A stretch of 64,000 bases of DNA from an uncultured Nitrospiraceae bacterium (GCA_963728135.1 CAVSJC010000019.1:22477-86476); one strand, 5' to 3'. Counted from the first letter of the stretch, positions 40,242 through 51,420 are shown. Numbers and translations: made by a program. The notes: generated by a model not told the origin, from the letters alone.

Positions 40242-41444
40242 CTACATCCGTTCTAGCACGATTGCCAACGCTTCTCCGCCCCCGATACAGAGACTGGCCA
40301 ATCCTCGCCTAACGCCGCGGGCTTCCATCGCATGGAACAGGGTCGTGACAATCCGTGCTCCAGTGGCGCCGATAGGATGGCCGAGCGCGACCGCCCCACC
40401 GTTCACGTTGACTTTCTCATGGTCGAGGCCCAATTCACGGTTGATGGCAAGAGAGACTGCGGAGAAGGCTTCATTGATCTCGAACAGGTCGATATCGCCG
40501 ATCGAGAGGCCGGTCTTCTTCAACACCCGCTTGATCGCTTCGACCGGCGCGATCGTAAACCACTCCGGCGCGACCGCCGCCCCAGCATAGCCGACGAGGC
40601 GCGCCATCGGGGCGTTCCCGAGATGCGCAGCTTCCTCTTCAGCCATGACAATCAAGGCTGCGGCTCCGTCGTTACAAGAGGGAGAATTGCCGACGGTCAG
40701 GACGCCGTCTTCCTTGAATGCCGGCTTGATTTCGCGCATCCTTCCCAGATCGAAGCGAGTCGGCTCCTCATCCTCCGTGACGATCAACGGGACGCTCTTC
40801 CGTCGCGGCACCTCGACCGGTACGATTTCTTTCTTGCAGATCCCGCTCGTGATGGCCTGCCGCGCGCGACGGTAACTTTCCAAGGCGAAGTCATCGACTT
40901 CCTGCCGCGAAAGCCCGTACTTGGCCGCGCATAGCTCACCGCCGTCGCCCATGTGGAAATTGTTATAAACGTCCCACAGGCCGTCTTTGACGAGGCTATC
41001 CACCAATTGGGCATGCCCCAGCCGATAGCCCTGGCGCGCTTTGTCCAACAGGTACGGCGCGCGGGTCATGTTTTCCATGCCGCCTGCAACCACAATCCTC
41101 GCTTGGCCCAGCGCAATGGCTTGCGAGGCCATGATCAAGGTCTGGAGACTGGATCCGCAGACCTTATTGACGGTCGTCGCACCGACCGAGTGGGGAATGC
41201 CGGCTCCAAGAGAAGCCTGTCTGGCCGGCGCCTGCCCGAGGCCCGCACTGAGCACGCAGCCCATGTAAACCTCGTCAACCTGCTCCGGCTGAACCTGCAC
41301 GCGCTTCAAGGCTTCCGAAATGGCGATGCTCCCCAACTGAGTGGCGGACACTGAGCTGAACACCCCGTTGAAACTCCCCATCGGCGTGCGCACGGCACTA
41401 ACAATGATCGCCTGCTGGCTCTTGGTCACAGAATGTTCTCCCAT
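40242..41444 (-). CDS. atoB: Acetyl-CoA C-acetyltransferase (thiolase II)
   Basis: VNKVCGSS, GGMENM, FEINEAF, NVNGGAVALGHPIGATG, SLCIGGGE. Confidence 0.92.
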   Translation of the reverse strand: MGEHSVTKSQQAIIVSAVRTPMGSFNGVFSSVSATQLGSIAISEALKRVQVQPEQVDEVYMGCVLSAGLGQAPARQASLGAGIPHSVGATTVNKVCGSSLQTLIMASQAIALGQARIVVAGGMENMTRAPYLLDKARQGYRLGHAQLVDSLVKDGLWDVYNNFHMGDGGELCAAKYGLSRQEVDDFALESYRRARQAITSGICKKEIVPVEVPRRKSVPLIVTEDEEPTRFDLGRMREIKPAFKEDGVLTVGNSPSCNDGAAALIVMAEEEAAHLGNAPMARLVGYAGAAVAPEWFTIAPVEAIKRVLKKTGLSIGDIDLFEINEAFSAVSLAINRELGLDHEKVNVNGGAVALGHPIGATGARIVTTLFHAMEARGVRRGLASLCIGGGEALAIVLERM

Positions 41445-41627
41445 TGGCTCTGCCCTAGATAGCTTTTGACCTTTCCCACGAACTGATCCGCGGTCGTGCC
41501 ATCGATGCCCCGGAGATCAAACGACAAACTGAGAGAACCCATGGGTCTGATCGCAATGGCCTCGTGGATTCGACAGATCATATTTTCTTTGCCATGGACC
41601 GATCCGCATCAACGCCGGATGAATGTC

Positions 41628-43499
41628 TCACTTGTCGAGCAGAGGCATGATTCCTTTCTCAAGCCAGGCAAAGTCGCCGCGTGTGATTCGTGTGGTTAGT
41701 CGGTGGACGGTTGCGTCTCTCTTATGCCTGCGGATACTTCGCTTCAGTGATGAGTCAGGAGAAAGACGCCCCGCTGCATCCTCACAAAAATAGTTGACCA
41801 TATCCTGGATGCCGGGCATCGTCCGCATGTCTGGCTGGGAGGCATACCAGATCGTGGCTGCCATAGGAAAGATGGCCAGGCTGTCATCCACCAGATCTTG
41901 CAGGAGCAGTTGCTTATGGTGGAGGGTTTGCCGATGACGAAGGGTCGCTGCAAGGGTGGACCTCGTCAACCGACGCGCGGAGGTTTCGATCAGACGAATC
42001 CACGGCATATAATCTTTGCCAAATGCTGCGGAGGCGCGACCAGAGCTAAAGGAAGGCAGACTCGAATGAAGAGCCATGCGACCATAGTAGAACGGCGCGG
42101 CAATTTTCTCTGACAACCCGCCTTGGAGGAGCTTCACGCCATGGTCAATGTAAGGAGCGAGCGCCTCGCGCGCCATCCAGACGCGAAGAATCTCACTCGT
42201 TCCTTCCCAGACGAGATTAATACGGGCGTCGCGGAGCATACGCATCGCTGGGATGCCGCGTTCCCCGAATCTGCGCTGTGACTCGACGGTCATGAACCCC
42301 CGGCCTCCGCGCACTTGGAACAGATCGTTGACCACCGCCCAATACCACTCGCTCCCGATAATCTTGGCCGCCGCCGATTCCAGCCGCAGATCGCCCTTCT
42401 TGTTCGCCCAGGCCCCGCAAAAAGCCATAACGGCTTCCAGCGCGAGAGTATAGGCCCCTGCCCGACAGAGCTTCTCTCCGACCAGGTTGTGCTCGCCGAT
42501 CGGCTTGTTCCATTGGACGCGTTGCTTCCCCCACCAGCGCATTAGAGACAGGCACTGTTTCAGACCCCCCAGACAGGCGGCAGGCAGCGTCAGACGGCCG
42601 ACGGTGAGTGTTGCAAGAGCAATCCGAAGCCCGTCCTCTTCGCTGCCCAGACGGTTATCTGCCGGGACAGAGACATCCGTGAATGTCGGTGCTCCATTGT
42701 AGATCCCCCTCACGCCTTCAAAACGCAGCCGACGGACAGAGCACCCGGGCCAGTGAGTTTCGACGATAAACGCTCCGTACCGCCGCGGCGCCCGGTCATC
42801 TTTCAGCTCCTCGGGCCGATCAACGATTCGCGCGATCACGACCAGCATGGAAGACAGGAATTCCCCGTCCTTCTTGACGGAATTCGTAATGAAAAATTTT
42901 TCTCCGCTCAGGCGATAGGCAACCGTCTTTCCCTTATCTTTGACACGGACGGCGTAGGTTTCCACCTTGGAAATGTCACAGCCTACGTTCCGTTCCGTGA
43001 GGGCAAACCCTGAAATTTCCCCACGCGCAAGCCTCGGAAGATACTTGGCTTTTTGCTCTTCGGTCCCGAAGAGACGCAGGGGCTCGGGAACGCCAATCGA
43101 TTGTGCCGCCGACAACAACACGGTGAGCGAGGCATCCAGGCTTCCGCACAGGGTGGCGACTTGTTGATACTCATATTGAGTGAATTCCAGACCACCGAAC
43201 CGTTTGGGAATCTTGATTCCGAACGCTCCGAGTTCAGCCAGTGTTTTCAGGAGCGGCTCCGGCAGTTCTCCCTCACTGTCCACTCGTTCGGGATCCAGCG
43301 GTATTAGAGCGGCCTTAACTCGTTCACAGAAATCCAGGGCAGGCGCGCTCGTCTCTGGTATGCCTATGGAGGTAAACAGGTCCCATCGAACATCGGCTTC
43401 AAACAATCCCGCAAGGAAGCCAGAGTAGCGGGCCTTATCACGAGCAGTCTCAGCCACCGCCACAGATCCCTCAAACAACCGGGGGCGTGCCATAAGCAT
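41628..43499 (-). CDS. Long-chain acyl-CoA dehydrogenase (VLCAD/FadE-like)
   Basis: FGIKIPKRFGGL, FALTE, LSGEKFFITN, GGRGF, LRDARINLVWEGTSEI. Confidence 0.9.
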   Translation of the reverse strand: MLMARPRLFEGSVAVAETARDKARYSGFLAGLFEADVRWDLFTSIGIPETSAPALDFCERVKAALIPLDPERVDSEGELPEPLLKTLAELGAFGIKIPKRFGGLEFTQYEYQQVATLCGSLDASLTVLLSAAQSIGVPEPLRLFGTEEQKAKYLPRLARGEISGFALTERNVGCDISKVETYAVRVKDKGKTVAYRLSGEKFFITNSVKKDGEFLSSMLVVIARIVDRPEELKDDRAPRRYGAFIVETHWPGCSVRRLRFEGVRGIYNGAPTFTDVSVPADNRLGSEEDGLRIALATLTVGRLTLPAACLGGLKQCLSLMRWWGKQRVQWNKPIGEHNLVGEKLCRAGAYTLALEAVMAFCGAWANKKGDLRLESAAAKIIGSEWYWAVVNDLFQVRGGRGFMTVESQRRFGERGIPAMRMLRDARINLVWEGTSEILRVWMAREALAPYIDHGVKLLQGGLSEKIAAPFYYGRMALHSSLPSFSSGRASAAFGKDYMPWIRLIETSARRLTRSTLAATLRHRQTLHHKQLLLQDLVDDSLAIFPMAATIWYASQPDMRTMPGIQDMVNYFCEDAAGRLSPDSSLKRSIRRHKRDATVHRLTTRITRGDFAWLEKGIMPLLDK

Positions 43500-43734
43500 G
43501 ACCTCAGGAACGATGTTTCACAGCGAGAGACGTTTAACCTCCACTTTACCACTCTCATCTGCACATTGTTGCCTCCCGGTCTGTCCCCTCCTTTGGTGGG
43601 ATGTCCCGACGTGCAGCGAACCGGTCGGCAAAGGTGTAAGATGTACTCAGGCCCCTGTAGGAAGAAAAACTAAATGGGTTGCACTGTAATGGCAAGAGTA
43701 CTTCACCAGCTGACGTCTCATGAGGGAGTTCACC

Positions 43735-45060
43735 ATGCGCAATGTCGTCGTCGTCGACGGATTTCGTACTCCCCTGTGCAAGGAGGGAACAGACTTTCGC
43801 GTCATCGATGCCGAGGTGTTGGGTGCCTGGGTCGTTCGCGAAATGATCACGCGTTGTCACCGCTGGAATCTTCCCCTGGAGACGATCGATTGCGTGTTGG
43901 GAAGCAATGTCGCGACACCGATGCATGCGGTCAATCCGACGCGAGTCGCAGCAGTGACGGGCGGCCTCCCCGCGACGATTCCCGCCGATACCGTAGCGGG
44001 GAAGAACTGCGGCTCCGGAGTGACGGCGCTCTACTATGCGAGCTTGCGCATCAGAAGTGGAGATGCCGACACGGTACTCGCGATCGGCATGGAGGCGATG
44101 AGCCGTATCCCGATCGTCTATGACCAGGCTGTCGCTGACCTCCTTCAGCAGTATGGCAAAGCCAAAAGCCTTCGCGAACGCACCGCCAGTACCCTGGCCC
44201 TCATTCCCAAACTCCTTAACTTCAAACGCTATCCTCCCCGAGCAGGGTTAGTGATGGGTCTCACGGATCCGATGTGTGACCTCATCATGGGCCTTACCGC
44301 AGAACAGATTGCGAAAGATCCGGCGCTTGGTATCACGCGCGAGGACCAGGACGCGTTTTCGGTTCGGTCGCACAGACATGCGGCGCGAGCATGGAAGAAC
44401 GGACTGTTCGCGGATGAGGTTGTGCCGATGTATGTCCCCGAGAAGAGTACCTGCGTCGAGCGGGACAACGGGATTCGTGAGGATGCCAGTCCGGAGATGT
44501 TTCGTGATGTGCAACCTGTGTTCGACAAGCGCCACGGCTCGGTGACTCCGGCCAACGCGTCGCAGATCACGGATGCGGCGGCCGCCATTCTACTCATGGA
44601 GGAAGAGAAGGCCAAGTCCCTCGGCTTGCCGATCCTTGGGTACGTGAAAGGCTATGCCGACTTTGGGTATGAGCCAGCCTGCATGGGCCTGGCCCCCGTG
44701 GGCGCCATTGCCAAAGTGTTGTCCAAGGCTCGCCTGACCCTCAAGGACTTCGCAGTGTGTGAGATTAACGAAGCGTTTGCATCCGTCGTGTTAGGGATCA
44801 GTCGCATTCTCGACTCGTCTTCTCTCATGGAACGCAAATTCGGCCGTTACGGGTGGACCGAACGTCTCGGCGCAATCCCGCCCGATGATCTCAACCCGCA
44901 CGGCGGTGCGATCGCGCTCGGCCATCCGGTCGGCGTTTCCGGCCTGCGATTGGCCATGACCGCTCTCTTCGAACTCAAACGACGGAATGCCGAGCGTGCT
45001 CTGATTAGTGCCTGCGTCGGAGGCGGACAGGGCGTCGCGATGATCCTGGAGAGGAAATAG
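43735..45060 (+). CDS. fadA: 3-ketoacyl-CoA thiolase (FadA/FadI-like)
   Basis: DGFRTP, KNCGSG, NASQITD, EINEAFA, HGGAIALGHPVG, SACVGGGQG. Confidence 0.9.
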   Translation: MRNVVVVDGFRTPLCKEGTDFRVIDAEVLGAWVVREMITRCHRWNLPLETIDCVLGSNVATPMHAVNPTRVAAVTGGLPATIPADTVAGKNCGSGVTALYYASLRIRSGDADTVLAIGMEAMSRIPIVYDQAVADLLQQYGKAKSLRERTASTLALIPKLLNFKRYPPRAGLVMGLTDPMCDLIMGLTAEQIAKDPALGITREDQDAFSVRSHRHAARAWKNGLFADEVVPMYVPEKSTCVERDNGIREDASPEMFRDVQPVFDKRHGSVTPANASQITDAAAAILLMEEEKAKSLGLPILGYVKGYADFGYEPACMGLAPVGAIAKVLSKARLTLKDFAVCEINEAFASVVLGISRILDSSSLMERKFGRYGWTERLGAIPPDDLNPHGGAIALGHPVGVSGLRLAMTALFELKRRNAERALISACVGGGQGVAMILERK

Positions 45061-45062
45061 GG

Positions 45063-47246
45063 ATGTTACACGACCACACTGGCTCTCCTGGCGAGTTCAA
45101 GCACTTCAAGACCGCCCTCCTTCACGATGGAATCTTCCTGGCCGGGTTCGATTACTACGGAAAGTCAGTCAATGTGCTCAACGTAGAGAGCATGTCGGAA
45201 TGGCAGGATCTCGTACAGTTTGCCGACCAATCCGCTGCCATCAAAGGTGTCGTCTTGGTGAGCGTGAAGGAAGGAAATTTCTGTGCAGGAGCCGATCTGG
45301 AACAGATGCATGACGCACAACAGCGAGGCTGCTTTGAGGAAATAGAGCACCTCGTGATCACTGCCCATAGGCTCTTTGACGCGATGGAGCGATCGCCGAA
45401 ACCGTTTGTCGCCGCTGTGGAAGGCGCCTGTCTGGGTGGTGGGCTCGAGCTGGCGCTGGCCTGCCGCGTGCGTATCGCCAGTAGCCATCCGAGGACCTGT
45501 TTCGCTCTGCCGGAAGTCAAACTGGGCATTCTTCCGGGGTTTGGTGGCACTCAACGTCTCCCACGGCTGGTCGGTTTACCGGCGGCATTGGACATGATCA
45601 CGACGGGTAGAACCCTCTTTCCCCGGCAGGCCCTGCGGATGGGCCTCGCAGAAGGAATGGTGACCTCTATCCCCTCCCCTGTCAGAACACTGGAAAACAT
45701 TCAGAAAGAATCCCTCGTTCAAGTCGCCATTGCGCAGGCCCGCAGTCTCTCTTCGGCTCCTGCCAGGCGGCGGCCCCTTCGGGCAACCCAAAGATTCTTC
45801 AGCGCGCCCGGAATTCGTTCGCTGGTATGTCGCTATGCGAGGCATCAAGTAATTAAGCGTGTCCGGTATTTTTATCCTGCTCCGCTCCGTGCCATTGATG
45901 CAGTGGAGAGAGGGATGAGCGTGAGTATTCTCGAGGGAGCTCTCACGGTCGAAAAGCCGCTTCTTCTGGATCTCATGGCCACCCCGGTTTCTGCACACCT
46001 CGTTGGTTTGTTTCTGGCCGGCGAAACGTTGAAACGGAGTGTGCCCTCTGTTCCGACGCCGGCGACACGCGTGGGCGTGCTAGGGGCCGGATTGATGGGC
46101 TCGCAAATCGCCGGCCAGCTCGCCGAAAAGGGATATGCGGTGGGGTTGCGAGATGTGGCCTCACACATTCTCGCGACTGCGATCGGAAGGATCCACAAGG
46201 CCCAAACAGCCCAGGTACGCAAACGAATCATCCTTCCTTCCGACCTGCGCTACCGAATGCTGCGGATCGCTCCGACCATTCACATCAGGGATGTGAGCGC
46301 CGCTTCACTCGTGATCGAGGCCGTGTCGGAAAAACTGGACGTGAAACGAGCGGTGCTCGCGGAGTTTGAATCGGAGGCGCGTCCAGATGCGGTATTCGCC
46401 ACGAATACGTCCTCCTACACATTGGCCGACATCGCCGTGAAGGCGGTTCATCCTGAACGGTGCGTGGGACTCCACTTTTTCAATCCTGTCGCTAAGATGC
46501 AGTTGGTCGAAGTGGTGCGCGCACCCTTCACATCGGACCTCGCTCTCGCGGAGGCCTTGGTCCTTGCGAAGCGACTGGGCAAGCTTCCACTCGTGGTGCG
46601 TGACGGACCGGGATTCCTTGTGAACAGAATACTGTCGCGCTATCTGGCAGAGGCCGTGATCATGGTAGGCGAGGGCATTTCCATTCGTCGCATTGACACC
46701 ATCGCCAAGGACTTTGGTATGGCGGTGGACAGCGGGCATCCGATGGGTCCTCTGGAACTCCTTGATCTGATCGGACTGCCGGTCGCCATGCACGTACTGA
46801 CCGCTCTCGCTGTGCTGGGTTCTCGAATCGAATCGCGTGACGCGCTGCTGCGAAACCTCATGCCGGAGAAGCAGCCCCCGCTGACATTTTGGAAATCAGG
46901 AAAAGAGAATCCGCAGGCGTGCGATGCGATCGAGCAGTATCGTCGCGCCTCTCCTTCGGAGGCCGGCCCCATCTCCGACGAGGTCCTTCACCATCGCCTG
47001 TTTTTTCCCATGGTCGACGAAGCGGTGCGCTGTCTGCACGACAAGATCGTGGAGCATCCTTGGCAGGTTGATCTTGCCATGACATATGGGATCGGGTTCC
47101 CCGCATTTCGAGGAGGGCTTCTCACCTGGGCTCGGCACATGCTGCCGCCCGGGTACCTCACACAGGAATTGCAGTCGTTAGCGATCACGTACGGCAAACG
47201 TTTCGACCCATGTCCCGGCCTCTCAGAAGGAGTGCTGCATGGCTGA
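45063..47246 (+). CDS. fadJ: Fatty acid oxidation complex alpha subunit (enoyl-CoA hydratase/3-hydroxyacyl-CoA dehydrogenase)
   Basis: FCAGADL, CLGGGLELALAC, LPEVKLGILPGFGGTQRLPRLVG, GAGLMG, ATNTSS, GLHFFNPV. Confidence 0.92.
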   Translation: MLHDHTGSPGEFKHFKTALLHDGIFLAGFDYYGKSVNVLNVESMSEWQDLVQFADQSAAIKGVVLVSVKEGNFCAGADLEQMHDAQQRGCFEEIEHLVITAHRLFDAMERSPKPFVAAVEGACLGGGLELALACRVRIASSHPRTCFALPEVKLGILPGFGGTQRLPRLVGLPAALDMITTGRTLFPRQALRMGLAEGMVTSIPSPVRTLENIQKESLVQVAIAQARSLSSAPARRRPLRATQRFFSAPGIRSLVCRYARHQVIKRVRYFYPAPLRAIDAVERGMSVSILEGALTVEKPLLLDLMATPVSAHLVGLFLAGETLKRSVPSVPTPATRVGVLGAGLMGSQIAGQLAEKGYAVGLRDVASHILATAIGRIHKAQTAQVRKRIILPSDLRYRMLRIAPTIHIRDVSAASLVIEAVSEKLDVKRAVLAEFESEARPDAVFATNTSSYTLADIAVKAVHPERCVGLHFFNPVAKMQLVEVVRAPFTSDLALAEALVLAKRLGKLPLVVRDGPGFLVNRILSRYLAEAVIMVGEGISIRRIDTIAKDFGMAVDSGHPMGPLELLDLIGLPVAMHVLTALAVLGSRIESRDALLRNLMPEKQPPLTFWKSGKENPQACDAIEQYRRASPSEAGPISDEVLHHRLFFPMVDEAVRCLHDKIVEHPWQVDLAMTYGIGFPAFRGGLLTWARHMLPPGYLTQELQSLAITYGKRFDPCPGLSEGVLHG

Positions 47247-48933
47247 ACACCCATGGTTGTTACATTATCCTGAGGGAGTTCCCTCCGAACTCTCCCTCAC
47301 CCCCGAAACGCTCTTGACGATGTTTTCACGGAGCGCGCAGCGCTTTTCACGCCGCCCGGCTCTCTATTTTTTCGGCAAGACTCTGTCTTACCAGGAATGC
47401 CACGAGCTCATTGAACGCTTCGCCTGCGGCCTCGCGGCGGTGGGGATTTGCAAGGGCGATCGCGTGGCCCTCTGTCTTCCGAATTGTCCACAGGCGGTCA
47501 TCGCCTACTTCGGTATCTTGAGGGCCGGGGGTATCGTCGTGGCCTGTAACCCCACCTATACGGAACACGAGCTATCCCACCAGCTTGGAGACGCGGGGGC
47601 ACGGGCGATCGTCGTGCTCGATTTGATGTATCCGAAAATCCAGCATCTAAATCTCGATCTGATCGTCGTCACACGGATTACGGATTTTATGACGACCATC
47701 GCGACATATATGTATCAGCGCCGAAACGGTCGCCCGCCACTTGCAATTCCAACCACGGATACGACGCTGTTTTTTCACGACGTTCTCAACGTCGTGACCC
47801 GCGTTGCGCCAGAGGAGCTCCCGGCCGTGACCGCGGATGACCTCGCGCTCCTCCAATACACCGGGGGGACGACGGGAGTCTCAAAAGGGGCGGAGTTGCG
47901 TCATCGCAATCTGACGGCCAACGTTCAGCAGCTTATCAGCTGGTTTTCTCCTGCCGAACGAGTGGAGAGCTTTCTCGCCGCGCTCCCGTTGTTTCACGTG
48001 TTTGGGATGACCGTCACGCAGAATATCTGTCTCGCCGTAGGCGGATGCATGGTGTTGGTTCCCGATCCGCGCAACATGCCCGTTCTGCTGATGCTGATTC
48101 GCAAGAAGAAACCGACCGTCATCACACTCGTTCCAGCATTCGTGCGGAAGCTTCTCGAACACTGTACGGCCAAGGATTTTACGGCTGCGAGGTTTGTGAT
48201 TAGCGGCGGGGCCCCCCTCTCCTACGAGCTCTTGAAGAAATTCAAAGAAAAGACCGGCCATCTGATTGTGGAGGGATACGGACTCTCCGAAGCGTCGCCG
48301 GTGACGCACTGCAACATTGCTCGTGGCCTCTCGGTGAAGCGATCCATTGGATTGCCGATTGCGAACACGGAAGCAAAAATCGTCGATGAGAGGGGTCAGG
48401 ACGTCCCGGCGGGAGAGATCGGCGAACTCTGGGTGCGGGGTCCCCAGGTCATGCAGGGATACTGGAACAACCCTGTGGAGACGGCGAATGTGCTGAAGCC
48501 AGGCGGGTGGCTCGCGACCGGCGACATCGCGCGGTCGGATCAAGACGGCTTCTTTTACATCGTAGATCGGAAGAAGGATATGATCCTGTCGACCTCCGGG
48601 TATAACGTCTATCCCACCGAGATCGAGCAGGTCCTCGTTCTTCATCCGCATGTGAATGAGGCGGCAGTCATCGGGGTACAGATCGGGGACGGAAGCGAAT
48701 CGATCAAAGCATTTATCGTCCTGGCGACGGTTGATTCCGTCTCGGCTGACGACCTCCTCGAACATTGTCGGCGCTACCTGGCGTCGTACAAAATCCCCAA
48801 GAAGATTGAGTTCCGCGCCGAACTACCCAAAACCATTCTTGGAAAGACTCTGCATCGCGTGTTGCGCATTGAGGAAACGGTGCGACTTGAACTTCAACGT
48901 TCCGAGGCATCGGAGCTGGAGCGCAAGATTTAA
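47239..48933 (+). CDS. fadD: Long-chain-fatty-acid--CoA ligase
   Basis: LQYTGGTTGVSKG, EGYGLSEASP, GPQVMQGYW, TGDIA, IVDRKKD. Confidence 0.93.
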   Translation: MAEHPWLLHYPEGVPSELSLTPETLLTMFSRSAQRFSRRPALYFFGKTLSYQECHELIERFACGLAAVGICKGDRVALCLPNCPQAVIAYFGILRAGGIVVACNPTYTEHELSHQLGDAGARAIVVLDLMYPKIQHLNLDLIVVTRITDFMTTIATYMYQRRNGRPPLAIPTTDTTLFFHDVLNVVTRVAPEELPAVTADDLALLQYTGGTTGVSKGAELRHRNLTANVQQLISWFSPAERVESFLAALPLFHVFGMTVTQNICLAVGGCMVLVPDPRNMPVLLMLIRKKKPTVITLVPAFVRKLLEHCTAKDFTAARFVISGGAPLSYELLKKFKEKTGHLIVEGYGLSEASPVTHCNIARGLSVKRSIGLPIANTEAKIVDERGQDVPAGEIGELWVRGPQVMQGYWNNPVETANVLKPGGWLATGDIARSDQDGFFYIVDRKKDMILSTSGYNVYPTEIEQVLVLHPHVNEAAVIGVQIGDGSESIKAFIVLATVDSVSADDLLEHCRRYLASYKIPKKIEFRAELPKTILGKTLHRVLRIEETVRLELQRSEASELERKI

Positions 48934-50078
48934 TTCGGCCGACAACAGGTCTGGATGCAAGGCAGGTCGCTGACATGCCGAGCGAGCGCCAAAGCAGCAG
49001 AGAGTCCGGGCGATTCAATGCCTATCAGATTGATGAGCAGCGGCTCTTCGCTGTCTACCGAGACAATGAAGTCGCTCTTACGCCGGTTTCCGGTCGTGAC
49101 ACGGGGCCGGATCCCCGAATAGGCCCAGCGAAGATCGCGTTCCTCCAGGACCGGAAGAAATTTCTTCAAGGCCTCGACAAATACCCCGGGTGGAGTCTTC
49201 TGCGACGCATAGTCCGTTTTGTCTGCGATCGGGATTGCGTTGGGTCCCACAAAGAGCTGCCCGTTCGGGCGTGGACTAAAATGAATACCTTTGCCGATCG
49301 AGTGAGCAGGCAAGGCGGGATAAACCAGGCGCGTGATCAGCCGCTTCTTCTCCTCCGTCACGACCTCGTAGTATTCACCCCGAATCGGCTGGATCGCATA
49401 CTTTCTTGTGCGAAGCGCGAGCGCGGCGACATCATCGGCATGCAGACCGGCAGCGTTAATGAGGCAGGCCGCGGCGAGCGTTCGCTGATCAGTGGTCACC
49501 CTGTAGACAGCGGCGCCTGCTTCAATCCCAACGACATGGTTGTTGAAGGCAAACTCGACGCCCATCGCTTCTGCGTCAGTCCTCAAGGATCGCACAAAGG
49601 CGGGCGCATCAATGACTGAGACGCTCGGAATGATAATGCCGCAGCAGGCCCGGAGATGGGGTTCCCACTCCCGCAGTCGTGATGGCGCCACGAAGCGCAT
49701 ACGAGTGTTCGTTTTCCAACCGTTAAACCACAGGCGACGTAGCGATGACGCCTCGCGCCAGAGTCCTCGACGGACGTCGTCCCACGCGATGGCGATGATC
49801 ATCCCCGTGTTGAGCAGTGGAATTCCCCGCTCAGATGCATATGCAACCGCCAACGCACTCCCTTCTCTGGCGAGCCGTTCCTTAAGCGACAACGGATATT
49901 CATGGATGCCGCTGTGGAGCACACCGCTATTTCTTCCACTGGTTTCTTCCCCGACTCCTGCATGCTGTTCCAGAACAATGATGCGGGGAGGCCTCATCCA
50001 TCGCTTACGGGCAAGTTCTCGGGCGCACGCGCAGCCAACCACTCCTCCACCGACTATGCAGATATCATATGAGTGCAT
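48930..50078 (-). CDS. FAD-dependent oxidoreductase (LhgO / glycerol-3-phosphate oxidase family)
   Basis: IVGGGVVG, ETSGRNSGVLHSG, INAAGLHAD, RGEYY, SGIRP, GIESPGLSAA. Confidence 0.85.
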   Translation of the reverse strand: MHSYDICIVGGGVVGCACARELARKRWMRPPRIIVLEQHAGVGEETSGRNSGVLHSGIHEYPLSLKERLAREGSALAVAYASERGIPLLNTGMIIAIAWDDVRRGLWREASSLRRLWFNGWKTNTRMRFVAPSRLREWEPHLRACCGIIIPSVSVIDAPAFVRSLRTDAEAMGVEFAFNNHVVGIEAGAAVYRVTTDQRTLAAACLINAAGLHADDVAALALRTRKYAIQPIRGEYYEVVTEEKKRLITRLVYPALPAHSIGKGIHFSPRPNGQLFVGPNAIPIADKTDYASQKTPPGVFVEALKKFLPVLEERDLRWAYSGIRPRVTTGNRRKSDFIVSVDSEEPLLINLIGIESPGLSAALALARHVSDLPCIQTCCRPN

Positions 50079-50200
50079 GGTGTCGAACTTCGTGAATTCC
50101 CTCCGAGGACGAATTGCCATCAACCTGCAGACAAAGCCTCACGCATTCCCCTCGGCGACGGGAAGCGCGCAAGGCTGGGCCACACGACGGGAGGACTCCT

Positions 50201-51420
50201 ATGCCCGATGCTATGACAGATAAGTACGGGAACATACTCTTTGTCTTCTGTGGTGGCGGTTGCAAGGCCATCATTCAGGCCGTTGCTGCCGCGGAACTCG
50301 TTCGCGCCGGCCTCTGCCCGACCCACATCGTCAGTGCCTCCGCCGGAACCTGTAATGCCCTCGGATTCGTCGAAACCCCCGGCCTTGCCGGTGCGGAAAA
50401 GACCCTGCGTATTTGGGAGGACTATATCACCTCTCCTGAAGCGATTTACGAGGTCCACCCATTCCTCATGGACAAAATGAGGCGTCTCCTAGGCGTTGTG
50501 CCGCAGGTGACTCAAGGGTGGGGGCCCAGTGGATCACTCGCGCCATGATCTGAGAAGGGCAATCCAGTTCCTACCGCTGGTCATGTCGTTATGTGTCCGC
50601 ATGCCGCTTCGCGTTGCGGGCCGCACCGTCAGTTTCATTTTTCGCCTCATGGACTCATTCGCAACCACACATATTTTCTTCCGACGACTTGTACAGTCGC
50701 CTGAAATCCAAGCCATGTTCGATGAGGTCGATGCGTATTTTGAGTTTAAGAGAATGAAAGGGTTCCTTGATCCGTTCCCGTTCTTGGCCAGACTCAGTGA
50801 AGAGTTTGACCTGCAGAAGATTCTGGATAGCCCGATCGTTTGGCATATCTTAACTGAGCGTTATGAAGACGGTGCGACCGTGGTCTTTTCCAATAAAGAT
50901 CCCGATCTTGCGATGGACGTAAGCCAGGGAGCACGGAGCCAAAAGGCCAAGCACGACCTTTTCTTTAAACGCATGCGCGCGTCCATGGCTCTATATCCGT
51001 TGTTTGAGATGGTTGAAATTGACGGCTATCGATATCTTGATGCCGATGTCGCCAATTCTCTTCCGGTCGAGGAAGCCTTCCGCTACGGGTGCAAGACGGT
51101 GTTCATCATGCTAAATGTTCCCTCGAAGAGGGTGCGTGTTGAACCGCACCCGCTGCGAGACATGCTAGAGATGAACAACCTCTTACGATTGAACGAGCGG
51201 TACATTCATCACCGCATTAAAGAAGCACAGATGAAAGCCAAGGAATTGGGAGTCAATCTGTTTATCATCCGCCCGGATGAGATCCCCTGCCGGACTCGGG
51301 TTGCTGGAGATAGATAGCAAAGTGATCGAATCCGTGAAGCGTCATGAGCAAAAGCGTATGAGGGAATACCTTGAAGATCTGGATGCGCACAATCTTCGAT
51401 TCGCGCCAGCGATCGAGTAA
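50201..51420 (+). CDS. Patatin-like phospholipase, with frameshifts near 50540 and 51285
   Basis: GGGCKA oxyanion loop, SASAG nucleophile elbow, RASMALYPLF, YLDADVANSLP; removing one C at 51284-51287 extends the frame to TAA at 51420. Confidence 0.75.

Noticed and set aside
47881-48765. Long antisense ORFs (here, and at 16328-17167, 54802-55575, 49540-50223)
   Set aside because: Shadow frames of well-supported genes in GC-rich DNA.
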